Source: an uncultured delta proteobacterium (GTDB lineage: Bacteria > Desulfobacterota > Syntrophorhabdia > Syntrophorhabdales > Syntrophorhabdaceae). From it: a DNA stretch of 51,508 bases. The stretch covers positions 1 through 51,508 of the forward strand of contig CAIJOT010000150.1 in assembly GCA_903822335.1 (NCBI GenBank), in the 5' to 3' direction. The position numbers and the translations under genes were made by a program. Below the pieces are notes generated by a model. That model was not told where the DNA came from and made no database searches. It was given only the letters and a program-made list of their open reading frames with translations. This document shows positions 24,909-33,486 of the stretch, one piece after another. Every line of letters starts with the position of its first letter. Within the stretch, counting starts at the first letter, position 1.

Positions 24909-25014
24909 TCACTTATTCCCACCTTTATTACCACGTTTTTCCCAGAGGGCTTTTCGGCCTGTTCTCTGACACACAATCTTCCCTTCGTCAAACTCATAAT
25001 TAAATGAAATTAGC

Positions 25015-26661
25015 TCATGGATCGTAGCTATCAGCCTTCAGCATATTATTATGATGTAAATTAGTCAGGTCTTCTTTCTTCTTCCACCTTTTATGTGACA
25101 ATAAGGCAAATCTGTGTGCCTCATCCCTCATCTTCACTATCTCTTTAAACACAGGTGAAGTCTTCGGTAGTAAGAGGGGGTTTTTCCTTAAAGGGAGATA
25201 TATCAGGTCTTCCATCCTTTTTCTCCTCTGACCTTTCGCAATCCCCACCACGCCTGTATCAACATTGAATTCCCGCAGCGCCTTCAATACAGCAGAAAGA
25301 TGGCCTTTCCCACCGTCAATGAGCAGCAAATCAGGTAAAGGTCGTATCTTCTCATCCTTTACCCTCCTTCGTATTACCTCACCCATCATGGCAATATCAT
25401 CCATCGAAGAAGCGCCCCTTATATGAAATACCCTGTAGGCACTCTTTTTTGCTTGAAAATCTTCAAATACCACCATCACACCAGAAGGATTCTTCCCATG
25501 GATATGGGATATATCGTATACCTCAATCCTTGAAGGCTCCCTTCTCAGATGCATCGCCTCTTTAAAAGCTTTTTCTATGGCAACAGGTTCAGTTTCATGA
25601 AGATTTTCAACAGCAAGGGCAATCATCTCCTTTGATGCCTTACCTGAAGGCCCGTATAGCCTTACGGAACCACTCTTTCTCTCCCTCAAATACTTCTCGA
25701 GGAACAGCATATCTTCAATCTTCTCGGACAGGATTATCTCATCAGGTATGGGTCTTATACTGTAATACTGAAACAAAAACGACGACAGGACCTCTTTGAA
25801 TGCCGTTGCTAAAAGTGGCTCTCTGAATAACCTTTTTGATATCAGCAACCCCTTCCTGAAGTTGAGGAGTACACCTTTTAATCCCTTTTCCTCCTCCAGA
25901 AAAGCCCACACATCCCTATTTTTTCCAAGGTGCTCATGAACATGCTGTTTTTCAACCATCTCTTGTATGGCGACATATCTCTCTTTCAATGCCCTCGCCT
26001 CTTCAAAATTCCAGCTTTCAGCAGCCTTCGATATGCGTTGCTCCAGTTTTTTCAAAAGGTTTTCATCCTTCCCTGAGAGAAAATCTACCAATTCATCAAC
26101 GATTGCCTTATATGCCTTTTCTTCTATTCTTTCTGTGCATGGTGCAAGACATTTTCCCAACTGAAAAAGTATGCACGCCCTCTTCCGTTTTTTAAAGACA
26201 GTATTCTTACATCTCCTGATGGGATACAATCCCTGCACGATTTTTAACACATCCTTCACATCCTTTGCATGGGGATAGGGCCCAAAATATAAAGCTCCGT
26301 CATCCTTAATTTCCCTTGTCACGTAGAGGGCGGGGAAATTGTCCTTCAGGGTGAGCTTCAAAGAGATATAGGTTTTATTATCCTTGAGATTTACATTATA
26401 CCTTGGTGTATGTTCCTTGATGAGGTTGTTCTCTAAAAGAAAGGCCTCTTTTTCGTTGCCCGTTACCACAACATCAATGTGCTCTATTCTCTTCACAAGA
26501 CGTTCTGTCTTGACATCCTTTTTTCCTTCACCAAAATAACTCCTTACCCGATCCTTTATGTGCCTCGCTTTCCCAATATATAAAATCTTTTTATCTCTGT
26601 CGCTGAATATGTAAACTCCCGATGTGTCTGGTAAGCTGTTTATGATTGTCTCATCAATCAA
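25015..26661 (-). CDS. uvrC: Excinuclease ABC subunit C, lacking the C-terminal (HhH)2 domain
   Basis: GIY-YIG N-terminus (GVYIFSD...ILYIGKA), a UVR domain and an RNase-H-like endonuclease domain ending MRDEAHRFAL. Only 27 non-HhH residues follow. Confidence 0.85.
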   Translation of the reverse strand: MIDETIINSLPDTSGVYIFSDRDKKILYIGKARHIKDRVRSYFGEGKKDVKTERLVKRIEHIDVVVTGNEKEAFLLENNLIKEHTPRYNVNLKDNKTYISLKLTLKDNFPALYVTREIKDDGALYFGPYPHAKDVKDVLKIVQGLYPIRRCKNTVFKKRKRACILFQLGKCLAPCTERIEEKAYKAIVDELVDFLSGKDENLLKKLEQRISKAAESWNFEEARALKERYVAIQEMVEKQHVHEHLGKNRDVWAFLEEEKGLKGVLLNFRKGLLISKRLFREPLLATAFKEVLSSFLFQYYSIRPIPDEIILSEKIEDMLFLEKYLRERKSGSVRLYGPSGKASKEMIALAVENLHETEPVAIEKAFKEAMHLRREPSRIEVYDISHIHGKNPSGVMVVFEDFQAKKSAYRVFHIRGASSMDDIAMMGEVIRRRVKDEKIRPLPDLLLIDGGKGHLSAVLKALREFNVDTGVVGIAKGQRRKRMEDLIYLPLRKNPLLLPKTSPVFKEIVKMRDEAHRFALLSHKRWKKKEDLTNLHHNNMLKADSYDP

Positions 26662-26681
26662 AGGTTAATACTCCACACCTA

Positions 26682-26716
26682 TATTCTATGCTCTACGCTG
26701 TACGCTATACACTGGT
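26682..26716. repeat. Heptamer array (TATTCTA TGCTCTA CGCTGTA CGCTATA CACTGGT)
   Basis: Fills most of the 55-nt uvrB-uvrC intergenic spacer. 7-nt periodicity read directly. Confidence 0.8.
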
Positions 26717-28705
26717 TTAAAGGGTTAACTCCATCTGTTCAAGCTTCAACAGCCGGTCCCTTAATTGGGCTGCCTTCTCAAAATCCCACCTTTTTGCCGC
26801 TCCATTGATCTCTTTCTTTAATTTTTTGACCATCCTTGACAATTTCTTCGGTTCTATGCCTTTTTCATCAAGCTCATCAAGGGAAACATCATAATAATCC
26901 TTCTCATAAATGGATGAAAGAATGTCCACTACGTCTTTTTTGATTCCTTCAGGTGTTATCCCGTTTTTCTTGTTGTATTCCTCCTGGATTTTCCTTCTCC
27001 TTTCCGTTTCATAAATTGCCCTTTTCATGGACGTTGTCATCACATCAGCAAACATGAGGACCCTGCCGTTGATATTCCGTGCTGTCCTCCCGCATGTCTG
27101 GATAAGTGATGTCTCAGAACGGAGGAATCCCTCCTTATCGGCATCGAGTATTGCAACGAGGGATACTTCAGGAAGGTCAAGGCCTTCCCTTAACAGGTTC
27201 ACACCGACGATGACATCAAACTTCCCCAGCCTCAAATCCCTCACAATGGCAACCCGTTCGAGAGTATCAATGTCAGAATGGAGATACTTCGCCTTTATGC
27301 CTGCATCGAGGAGAAAATCTGTCAGGTCTTCGGCAAATCTCTTTGTAAGCGTGGTAACAAGCACCCTCTCCTTATTTTTAACAACCTTGTTAATCTCGGG
27401 CAGTAAGGTGTCTACCTGGTTCTTTGCTTCTTTTACCTCGATGAGGGGGTCCATGAGGCCTGTGGGTCTTATAACCTGCTCTATCACATGGCTTTTAGCC
27501 TTTTCCAACTCGTAACGTGCAGGGGTAGCCGATATATAGAGAACCTGCCTTTCCCTCTCCTCAAACTCTTCGAAGGTCAATGGCCTGTTATCCAGGGCAG
27601 AAGGAAGTCTGAATCCGTATTCCACGAGCGTTGTCTTTCTCGACCTGTCACCCCGGTACATACCTATAAGCTGTGGGACTGTGACATGGCTTTCATCAAT
27701 CATAATGAGGCCATCCTTTGGCAGATAATCCATAAGGGTTGGCGGTGGCTCTCCTTGTTTTCTCCCCGTGAGATGCCTCGAATAGTTTTCTATGCCCTGA
27801 CAATAGCCAATCTCCCTGAGCATCTCAAGATCATACTTCGTCCTCATCTCGAGCCTCTGTGCCTCAAGGAGCTTATTCTGTGATTTCAATATCTGGAGGT
27901 GCTCCTTTAATTCTCCCTCGATAGACTTTACTGCTGATTCAAGTGTTTCCCTCGGAGTTACATAATGGGTTGCCGGGTATATCGTGCATCTTTTCAGTTT
28001 TTCAATCACCCTTCCGTTCAAAGGGTCAATGGCGTAAATCGCAGATACCCTTTCCTCGCTGAGGATCACCCGGAATGCCTTATTCTCTTCATAGGCTGGA
28101 AAAATATCTATCGTCTCACCCCTGATTCTGAACTTACCCCTGTAGAAATCCATATCATTTCTCTCATACTGGCATTGTATGAGTTTGTCGAGGAGGGTTG
28201 GCCTTGTGATGTGTTGTCCATCTTCAAGATAGACGAGCATGCCATAGTAAGCCTCCGGTGAACCAAGCCCATAGATGCATGATACGCTTGCCACGATAAT
28301 CACGTCATCCCTCTCAAAAAGTGCATTCGTTGCAAGCAACCTCAATTTGTCAATCTCTTCGTTGATCGAGGCATCCTTTTCTATGTATGTGTCTGTTTGT
28401 GGTTTATATGCTTCAGGCTGGTAGTAATCATAATAGCTTACAAAGAAGTGCACCTCATTTTCAGGGAAAAGGGTCTTGAATTCAGTATAAAGCTGGGCCG
28501 CAAGTGTCTTGTTGTGGGATATGACAAGGGTGGGTCTCTGAACCCTTTCAATCACATTTGCCATGGTGAATGTCTTTCCTGAACCTGTTACCCCAAGCAA
28601 GACCTGATGGTGTATACCCTGTTGTATGTTTTTTGTGAGTTTTTCAATCGCCTCAGGCTGATCGCCCTTTGGCATATAGTCACTTACAAGTCTGAACATA
28701 CCCAT
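26717..28705 (-). CDS. uvrB: Excinuclease ABC subunit B
   Basis: [12 protein letters not shown] Walker A, DESH box, helicase motifs and a C-terminal UVR domain ([17 protein letters not shown]). Confidence 0.95.
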   Translation of the reverse strand: MGMFRLVSDYMPKGDQPEAIEKLTKNIQQGIHHQVLLGVTGSGKTFTMANVIERVQRPTLVISHNKTLAAQLYTEFKTLFPENEVHFFVSYYDYYQPEAYKPQTDTYIEKDASINEEIDKLRLLATNALFERDDVIIVASVSCIYGLGSPEAYYGMLVYLEDGQHITRPTLLDKLIQCQYERNDMDFYRGKFRIRGETIDIFPAYEENKAFRVILSEERVSAIYAIDPLNGRVIEKLKRCTIYPATHYVTPRETLESAVKSIEGELKEHLQILKSQNKLLEAQRLEMRTKYDLEMLREIGYCQGIENYSRHLTGRKQGEPPPTLMDYLPKDGLIMIDESHVTVPQLIGMYRGDRSRKTTLVEYGFRLPSALDNRPLTFEEFEERERQVLYISATPARYELEKAKSHVIEQVIRPTGLMDPLIEVKEAKNQVDTLLPEINKVVKNKERVLVTTLTKRFAEDLTDFLLDAGIKAKYLHSDIDTLERVAIVRDLRLGKFDVIVGVNLLREGLDLPEVSLVAILDADKEGFLRSETSLIQTCGRTARNINGRVLMFADVMTTSMKRAIYETERRRKIQEEYNKKNGITPEGIKKDVVDILSSIYEKDYYDVSLDELDEKGIEPKKLSRMVKKLKKEINGAAKRWDFEKAAQLRDRLLKLEQMELTL

Positions 28706-28778
28706 AACGCTATATTCTAATGTTCTTTTGCCCCCTTGTCAAAAGAGACAAAAACAATAGAAGCTTGAATCTGTCTTG

Positions 28779-28787
28779 TGTTATAAT
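28779..28787 (+). promoter_or_regulatory. Extended -10 promoter element (TGtTATAAT) upstream of the PNPOx-like gene
   Basis: A perfect TATAAT at 28782-28787 is preceded by TGn. It lies 49 nt upstream of the ATG at 28836, which has an AGGAGG SD. Confidence 0.4.
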
Positions 28788-28835
28788 AAGCATATTGCAA
28801 GGTGCAGGGTATTTATCTTTTAAAGGAGGTATCAT

Positions 28836-29261
28836 ATGTCCATAAAATTAATGGAATATTTCAACAAACAACCAAGGCTCGGAAGTTTCAGTACGGCAAA
28901 TAAGGATGGCAAAGTGAACGTCGCATATTTCGGCTCACCCCGTATGATTGACGAAAAGACGATTGTCATGGGATTGGGCAAGAACAGAACCTTTGTATAC
29001 CTACAGGAAAATCCGAACGGGGTCTTTATGATTATGGAACCAGGGAAAACCCCTACAGAGTGGAAAGGGGTCAGGCTCTATGTGAAAATGACAGATTGTC
29101 AGACTGCAGGAGAGAAGCTTGACGCTTTTAGGGCTCAGGTAACGAAGGTGGTTGGAGAGGCAGCAGCCAAACTCATTCATGCTGTGGTAGCCTTTGAAAT
29201 CATTGAAATAAAACCTCTTGCTGATTTCGGACAGGGATGGGAAAAATCAATCGGTACATAG
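28836..29261 (+). CDS. Pyridoxamine 5'-phosphate oxidase-like FMN-binding split-barrel protein
   Basis: 141 aa. The pattern PRLGSFSTANKDGKVNVAYFGS...NRTFVYLQENPNGVFMI is typical of the PNPOx-like family. Confidence 0.6.
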   Translation: MSIKLMEYFNKQPRLGSFSTANKDGKVNVAYFGSPRMIDEKTIVMGLGKNRTFVYLQENPNGVFMIMEPGKTPTEWKGVRLYVKMTDCQTAGEKLDAFRAQVTKVVGEAAAKLIHAVVAFEIIEIKPLADFGQGWEKSIGT

Positions 29262-29285
29262 GTCACAATCTAATCCTTCATTCCT

Positions 29286-29486
29286 CTAATCCAGTATAAT
29301 GACCTTCCCTTCCCTTTTGTCTTTCATCATCTTCTGCAACGATTCAAGGCACCCAACATTCTTATGCGTGGAAGCCTTCCATGAATCTACATAGACCTTC
29401 ATGTTATGGCACAATCCACAGAAAAAAGGCATCTCTGAAATCTTATAAGCTGCAATGACAATTAAGAGCGAAGCATAAAAAGACAA
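29286..29486 (-). pseudogene. Decayed, truncated NrfH/NapC-family membrane cytochrome c remnant
   Basis: A TM helix is followed by [20 protein letters not shown] (first CxxCH, with NrfH-like spacing). The second heme motif has degenerated to GCLESL, and a stop follows ~60 aa after the TTG start. Confidence 0.5.
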
Positions 29487-29634
29487 AGGAAAGAAAAACA
29501 GTGATAGCCTTTTTATGCTGAATTGTTCCTCTTTTAGATTCTGTATAGAAGTCTCTCAGAAAATCTTTTACAATTTTGTAAAGATTACCGGGTGTACCTT
29601 GTATTTTTACCCCCATACTTTCGTTACAAAATCA

Positions 29635-29663
29635 TATGGGGCAGATATATGATCCGCCCCATA
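29635..29663 (-). terminator. Rho-independent terminator after atpE
   Basis: The minus strand reads TATGGGGC-13 nt-GCCCCATA followed by TGATTTTGT. It starts 7 nt after the atpE stop. Confidence 0.6.
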
Positions 29664-29669
29664 ACCCGT

Positions 29670-29996
29670 TTAGAGTTTAAAGATTAAAAGCAAAGAAACA
29701 ACGAGAGAATATATTACGAGTGATTCTATCATTGCCAGACCGATAATCATCGGGGTTACTATCTTACCAGCAGCACCCGGGTTTCTGGCAATGCCGTCTA
29801 ATGCTGATGCTATAGCCTTTGACTGTCCGAGAGCTCCTCCGAAAGCTGCAATAGCAACACCAAAACCTGCCGCAAGTGCTACCATCTGCTTAACCGCTGA
29901 ATCAAGACCTTTTGCCTCTTCAGCAGCCATTGCAAAACCAAAAGAAAAGCTAACAAAAATCCCAAGGAGCATCATGACTAATAGGAATTTTTTCAT
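29670..29996 (-). CDS. atpE: F0F1 ATP synthase subunit c with signal-peptide-like N-terminal extension
   Basis: GALGQSKAIASALDGIARNPGAAG...GLAMIESLVIYSLVV is the canonical c-subunit hairpin with the essential Glu. About 30 extra N-terminal residues read MKKFLLVMMLLGIFVSFSFGFAMA. Confidence 0.9.
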   Translation of the reverse strand: MKKFLLVMMLLGIFVSFSFGFAMAAEEAKGLDSAVKQMVALAAGFGVAIAAFGGALGQSKAIASALDGIARNPGAAGKIVTPMIIGLAMIESLVIYSLVVSLLLIFKL

Positions 29997-30024
29997 TACA
30001 TCTCACCCCTTTCTTATATATTTT

Positions 30025-30723
30025 TTAATGTTCTTCATGGGAAATTGCCCCAGAAAAATATGCCATTGATAAAAGCATAAACACAAAGGTTTGAACAAAT
30101 GCCACAAATAACCCGAGGAACATAACCGGCAGAGGAACCATCAAAGGAACGAGACCAAAAAATATGGCTGTTACGAGGTGGTCACCCGTGATATTCCCAA
30201 AAAGCCTTAAACCTAACGATAAGGGTCTTGCCATATGCCCGATGAGTTCTATGGGAACCATCAAAGGAGCAAGCCACCAGAAAGGTCCCACGAACTGCTT
30301 TAGATATTTTATACCATGCTCCCTGAAACCATAGTAGTGTGTCATCATAAAGACTGTGAGAGAACATGCGAATGTGGTATTCACATTATCAGTGGCAGGT
30401 AAAAAACCCGGTACAAGTCCGGAGAGGTTATTGAAAAGTATGAAAAGGGCAAGGGTTCCAACAATCAATACAAACTCTTTACCCCTCGGACCCATCGTAT
30501 CCACTATGATATTGGAAAGGGTTTCTACTATCATTTCAACAAAATTCCTGAATGTGATTTTAGGCTCAGGGACAATCTCATCCTCAGTTCTTCTCAACTG
30601 TCTGTAACCAAGCACCACGATTATAAGCAGTATTACTGATACAATGATAGCATTTGATACATGGGGGGGTAACTTTTTTAAAAATGGGAATAAAGACGCC
30701 CATGTAAATACTTCATGCTCCAT
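30025..30723 (-). CDS. atpB: F0F1 ATP synthase subunit a
   Basis: SLGLRLFGNITGDH (conserved Arg) and the overall TM pattern. Confidence 0.9.
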   Translation of the reverse strand: MEHEVFTWASLFPFLKKLPPHVSNAIIVSVILLIIVVLGYRQLRRTEDEIVPEPKITFRNFVEMIVETLSNIIVDTMGPRGKEFVLIVGTLALFILFNNLSGLVPGFLPATDNVNTTFACSLTVFMMTHYYGFREHGIKYLKQFVGPFWWLAPLMVPIELIGHMARPLSLGLRLFGNITGDHLVTAIFFGLVPLMVPLPVMFLGLFVAFVQTFVFMLLSMAYFSGAISHEEH

Positions 30724-31117
30724 CCTTTTGCCTCCTTTTTGCCGCAGGACCCCAAAACATAATGACCTGATTTATTACAACAGAAAGAAAGACTGTTGAT
30801 AGCCCGATAAGGAAAAAGATCACATCTATGTCTCCATAGATAATGATTACACACAAAAGTCCTGCAAGGATAAGAAATTTTAATGGTAGTTTTATGAGGA
30901 TATTTTTTTTACTGACCGTTGATTGGAGAAAACCACCCTCTATTATTTTTTTCAAGAATCTGAAATTCAATGTCATGATAGAGCTCGCAACTGCAAAGCT
31001 AAACAGGTACTTGAACTCTCTCATGATCACTAAAGACAGGATAGACCCGAGAACAAGAATGAAAACATTTATATGCTCAATATCACTTGCTGTTGTCTCT
31101 TTCATCTTCTTTTGCAA
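30713..31117 (-). CDS. atpI: ATP synthase protein I-like small membrane protein
   Basis: Position immediately upstream of atpB. About 130 aa with four hydrophobic segments. The start is uncertain. Confidence 0.5.
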   Translation of the reverse strand: MQKKMKETTASDIEHINVFILVLGSILSLVIMREFKYLFSFAVASSIMTLNFRFLKKIIEGGFLQSTVSKKNILIKLPLKFLILAGLLCVIIIYGDIDVIFFLIGLSTVFLSVVINQVIMFWGPAAKRRQKDGA

Positions 31118-31334
31118 TCTTCTTTAGCAAAACGTATATCGTCTTCATGGCAGCCACAATACCAAAAATCATAAATATAATCGTCAGGTATGGATATGTC
31201 TTAAAAAAAGAATCGAGGAAATAACCAATTGCAATACCTATGGCTACGGAGAGCCCCATCTCCAAGCCAAGCGAACTGTAGCTTATAAGAGATTTGACTA
31301 CATCCCTTTTGCTGTCTGATAAAGACATAACCAT
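31083..31334 (-). CDS. AtpZ/AtpI-family small membrane protein (start trimmed to the internal Met)
   Basis: LGLEMGLSVAIGIAIGYFLDSFF...IIFMIFGIVAA is typical of AtpZ. The ORF-track N-terminal extension (to 31439) looks non-coding. Confidence 0.55.
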   Translation of the reverse strand: MVMSLSDSKRDVVKSLISYSSLGLEMGLSVAIGIAIGYFLDSFFKTYPYLTIIFMIFGIVAAMKTIYVLLKKIAKEDERDNSK

Positions 31335-31603
31335 TACAGACCCATCTTTTTTAACATAAGGGGCACCTTTAGTCAACGTATTTTTATTTTTTTGTAAACC
31401 CAGTGTTATCAAGGGTATACAGACAAATTCAAGATTCAAGGGTAAAGAGACAAGAAGGATGGAAAATGTTATTCTTAATATAAAACAGATTACATCTCGT
31501 GAAAGGGAGGTAAACCCCCACGTGAAATAGGGGATTTACATCCCGCGTTCGTTTCAATACGACAAAAAATTATTTTAGCCTATATAGCTCTCCCTGTTGG
31601 TGC

Positions 31604-31861
31604 TTATTTCTGTAATAAGCCCTTGCTCTCCCCAAAAGGCAAAACGGGGAAAGTTTCAAATACCATAACGTCTATCCATTCCGCTCTGCTCGCAATTAAC
31701 CCTCTCGAATCAGTATCCACAACATTAAAATATCGGCAACCTTGGAGGTCAAGAAACTCAAAGATTACTTTCACGCCCTTAGGCCACTTCCACTTTGCCC
31801 TTCTTTTTGACACTTCCTTTTCATCTTCCGGTGCCCACGTGCAGATGTTCATAAAATACAT
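31604..31861 (-). CDS. Small DUF3303-like protein (85 aa; start trimmed)
   Basis: The ATG at 31861-31859 is preceded by AAAGGGGGA with a 6-nt spacer. The longer ORF-track version runs up to the tRNA gene. MYFMNICTW.PEDEKEV...FNVVDTD...EWIDVMVFETFPV fits DUF3303 as I remember it. Confidence 0.5.
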   Translation of the reverse strand: MYFMNICTWAPEDEKEVSKRRAKWKWPKGVKVIFEFLDLQGCRYFNVVDTDSRGLIASRAEWIDVMVFETFPVLPFGESKGLLQK

Positions 31862-31994
31862 AATCAATCCCCCTTTTAAATGTATTTTACTTCTATTAAC
31901 AAGTATAGCAGATAAAAAACCATTTTGTACAAAGACATATAAAAAAATTTCTTTTGAATTTCTCTCCATTGGTATGTTATAAAAAATCACCTTT

Positions 31995-32068
31995 GGGCCG
32001 TTAGCTCAGTCCGGCAGAGCAGTTGACTCTTAATCAATTGGTCGAAGGTTCAAATCCTTCACGGCCCA
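31995..32068 (+). tRNA. tRNA-Lys (anticodon CTT)
   Basis: GGGCCGT acceptor stem pairing with ACGGCCC. D arm TAGCTCAGTCCGGCAGAGCA, anticodon loop CT-CTT-AA, T arm GAAGGTTCAAATCCTTC. No CCA is encoded. Confidence 0.9.
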
Positions 32069-32170
32069 TATAATTTGAGATAACTTTATTGCCTATGGCT
32101 TACCTAATCACACAAATATATCTGACATTACAAGAAGGTTCTTTAAATTTTTTAATAAGAATACACTGGG

Positions 32171-33484
32171 ATGAGTGCGAAAAATAAAAAAATTGCTGTT
32201 CTGATAAGTGGCACAATTCTTCTGTGCATGCTGTGGGTCAACTTCCTCTATGCAGAAAAACTCACCCTCCCCTCTGGTTTAAAGATTGTTACGGAAGAGA
32301 ACAGACTTATCAAGATTAAACAACATGAAGCATCTATATCTGAAGCTGATACACTGATTGCACGTTCCGGACTTTTACCCCATATCAATGCTTACTATAC
32401 CCAGAACTACATAGAGCATCAGCCAGGCACCAGAATCGGACCACAGACTGTCTACACCGCAGAAAAGAGCTATTACACATATACACTAAGCGTTCAGCAG
32501 ATACTCTATGACTTCAAAGGAATATCGTCCCTCCATGAGGCAAGTAAAAAGATTTTTGAAACAAAAATAATTGACCTCAGCAGGGTAAAAAATTTCATAG
32601 CCTTGCAATTTGCCCTGACCTATTTTGAGTTACTTGAATCCGAAAAGATGATTGCTGTTTCCGAGAAAGAGAAGGAGAGACTTGAGTCCCATCTGAAAGT
32701 TACAAAACACCTCTATACAGAAGGCGCTATAACAAAGAACGAGCTTCTTCAGGCAGAGGTTAGGTTGTCTGATGCAAAACAAAAACTATTAACGGCAAGG
32801 AATATGAAAAAAATAAATACTTCGAGGTTGAACAACTTACTTGCAAAATCCTTGACTTCTCCTTTAGAAATTGAGGAGGTTACGAGGACCATACCGGTTT
32901 CATTTGAGCTAAATCAAGCCTTTGAACAGGCTGAAAAGGAAAGACATGAAGTGAGAATCGTCGATACGACCTTAGAAGCCGTAAACCTTGAAGGGACTTC
33001 AAGGAAATCGGAATACTTCCCAAAATTTTTCGCTGAAGGGAAGTACAATTATTTAAAGAACAAATACCAGCTCTTTGAAGGAAACTGGTCAGTTATGCTC
33101 GGGATGAACTTTAATCTTTTGAGTGGAGGCAGCACAAAAGCGGAACTATCCAAAATAACGCTACAAAAGATGAAAATACTCATTGAAAGAAAAAAGCTGA
33201 TAGATGACATCAAACTTGAAGTGGAAAGATACTACCTTGAACTGGTCAATGCACAGGAGAAGGTCAAGGTTACAAAAGATGCAATATCACAGGCAGAAGA
33301 GAATCTCAGGATCAATAATATAAAATATTCAGAAGGTATCGGCACAGCAACCGACGTGATTGACGCAATAACCCTCTTAACCATTGCTGAAACAAACTAT
33401 TATAAATCACTGTACGACCTGTTCAGGGCAGAAGCAGGTTTTATGTATTCAACGGGTAAGGATTTATTAGAGGTATACAGATAA
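32171..33484 (+). CDS. TolC-family outer-membrane efflux protein
   Basis: Signal-like N-terminus, two repeated OEP coiled-coil halves and operon context with an MFP and an MFS pump. Confidence 0.8.
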   Translation: MSAKNKKIAVLISGTILLCMLWVNFLYAEKLTLPSGLKIVTEENRLIKIKQHEASISEADTLIARSGLLPHINAYYTQNYIEHQPGTRIGPQTVYTAEKSYYTYTLSVQQILYDFKGISSLHEASKKIFETKIIDLSRVKNFIALQFALTYFELLESEKMIAVSEKEKERLESHLKVTKHLYTEGAITKNELLQAEVRLSDAKQKLLTARNMKKINTSRLNNLLAKSLTSPLEIEEVTRTIPVSFELNQAFEQAEKERHEVRIVDTTLEAVNLEGTSRKSEYFPKFFAEGKYNYLKNKYQLFEGNWSVMLGMNFNLLSGGSTKAELSKITLQKMKILIERKKLIDDIKLEVERYYLELVNAQEKVKVTKDAISQAEENLRINNIKYSEGIGTATDVIDAITLLTIAETNYYKSLYDLFRAEAGFMYSTGKDLLEVYR

Positions 33485-33486
33485 CG

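Noticed and set aside
24818-25014. Displaced remnant of the uvrC (HhH)2-coding region just beyond the uvrC stop
   Set aside because: I translated all three minus-strand frames by eye. They give only short ORFs (for example MSLTKGRLCVREQAEKPSGKNVVIKVGISEWSDE) with no GIG-type helix-hairpin-helix motif.
31862-31990. N-terminal extensions in the ORF track (31604-31990, 31083-31439, 38171-38797, 45697-46428, 47106-48158, 43416-43442)
   Set aside because: In each case an internal Met has a much better SD and/or matches the family's usual N-terminus. The extension overlaps the upstream gene or abuts the tRNA gene, so the starts were trimmed.
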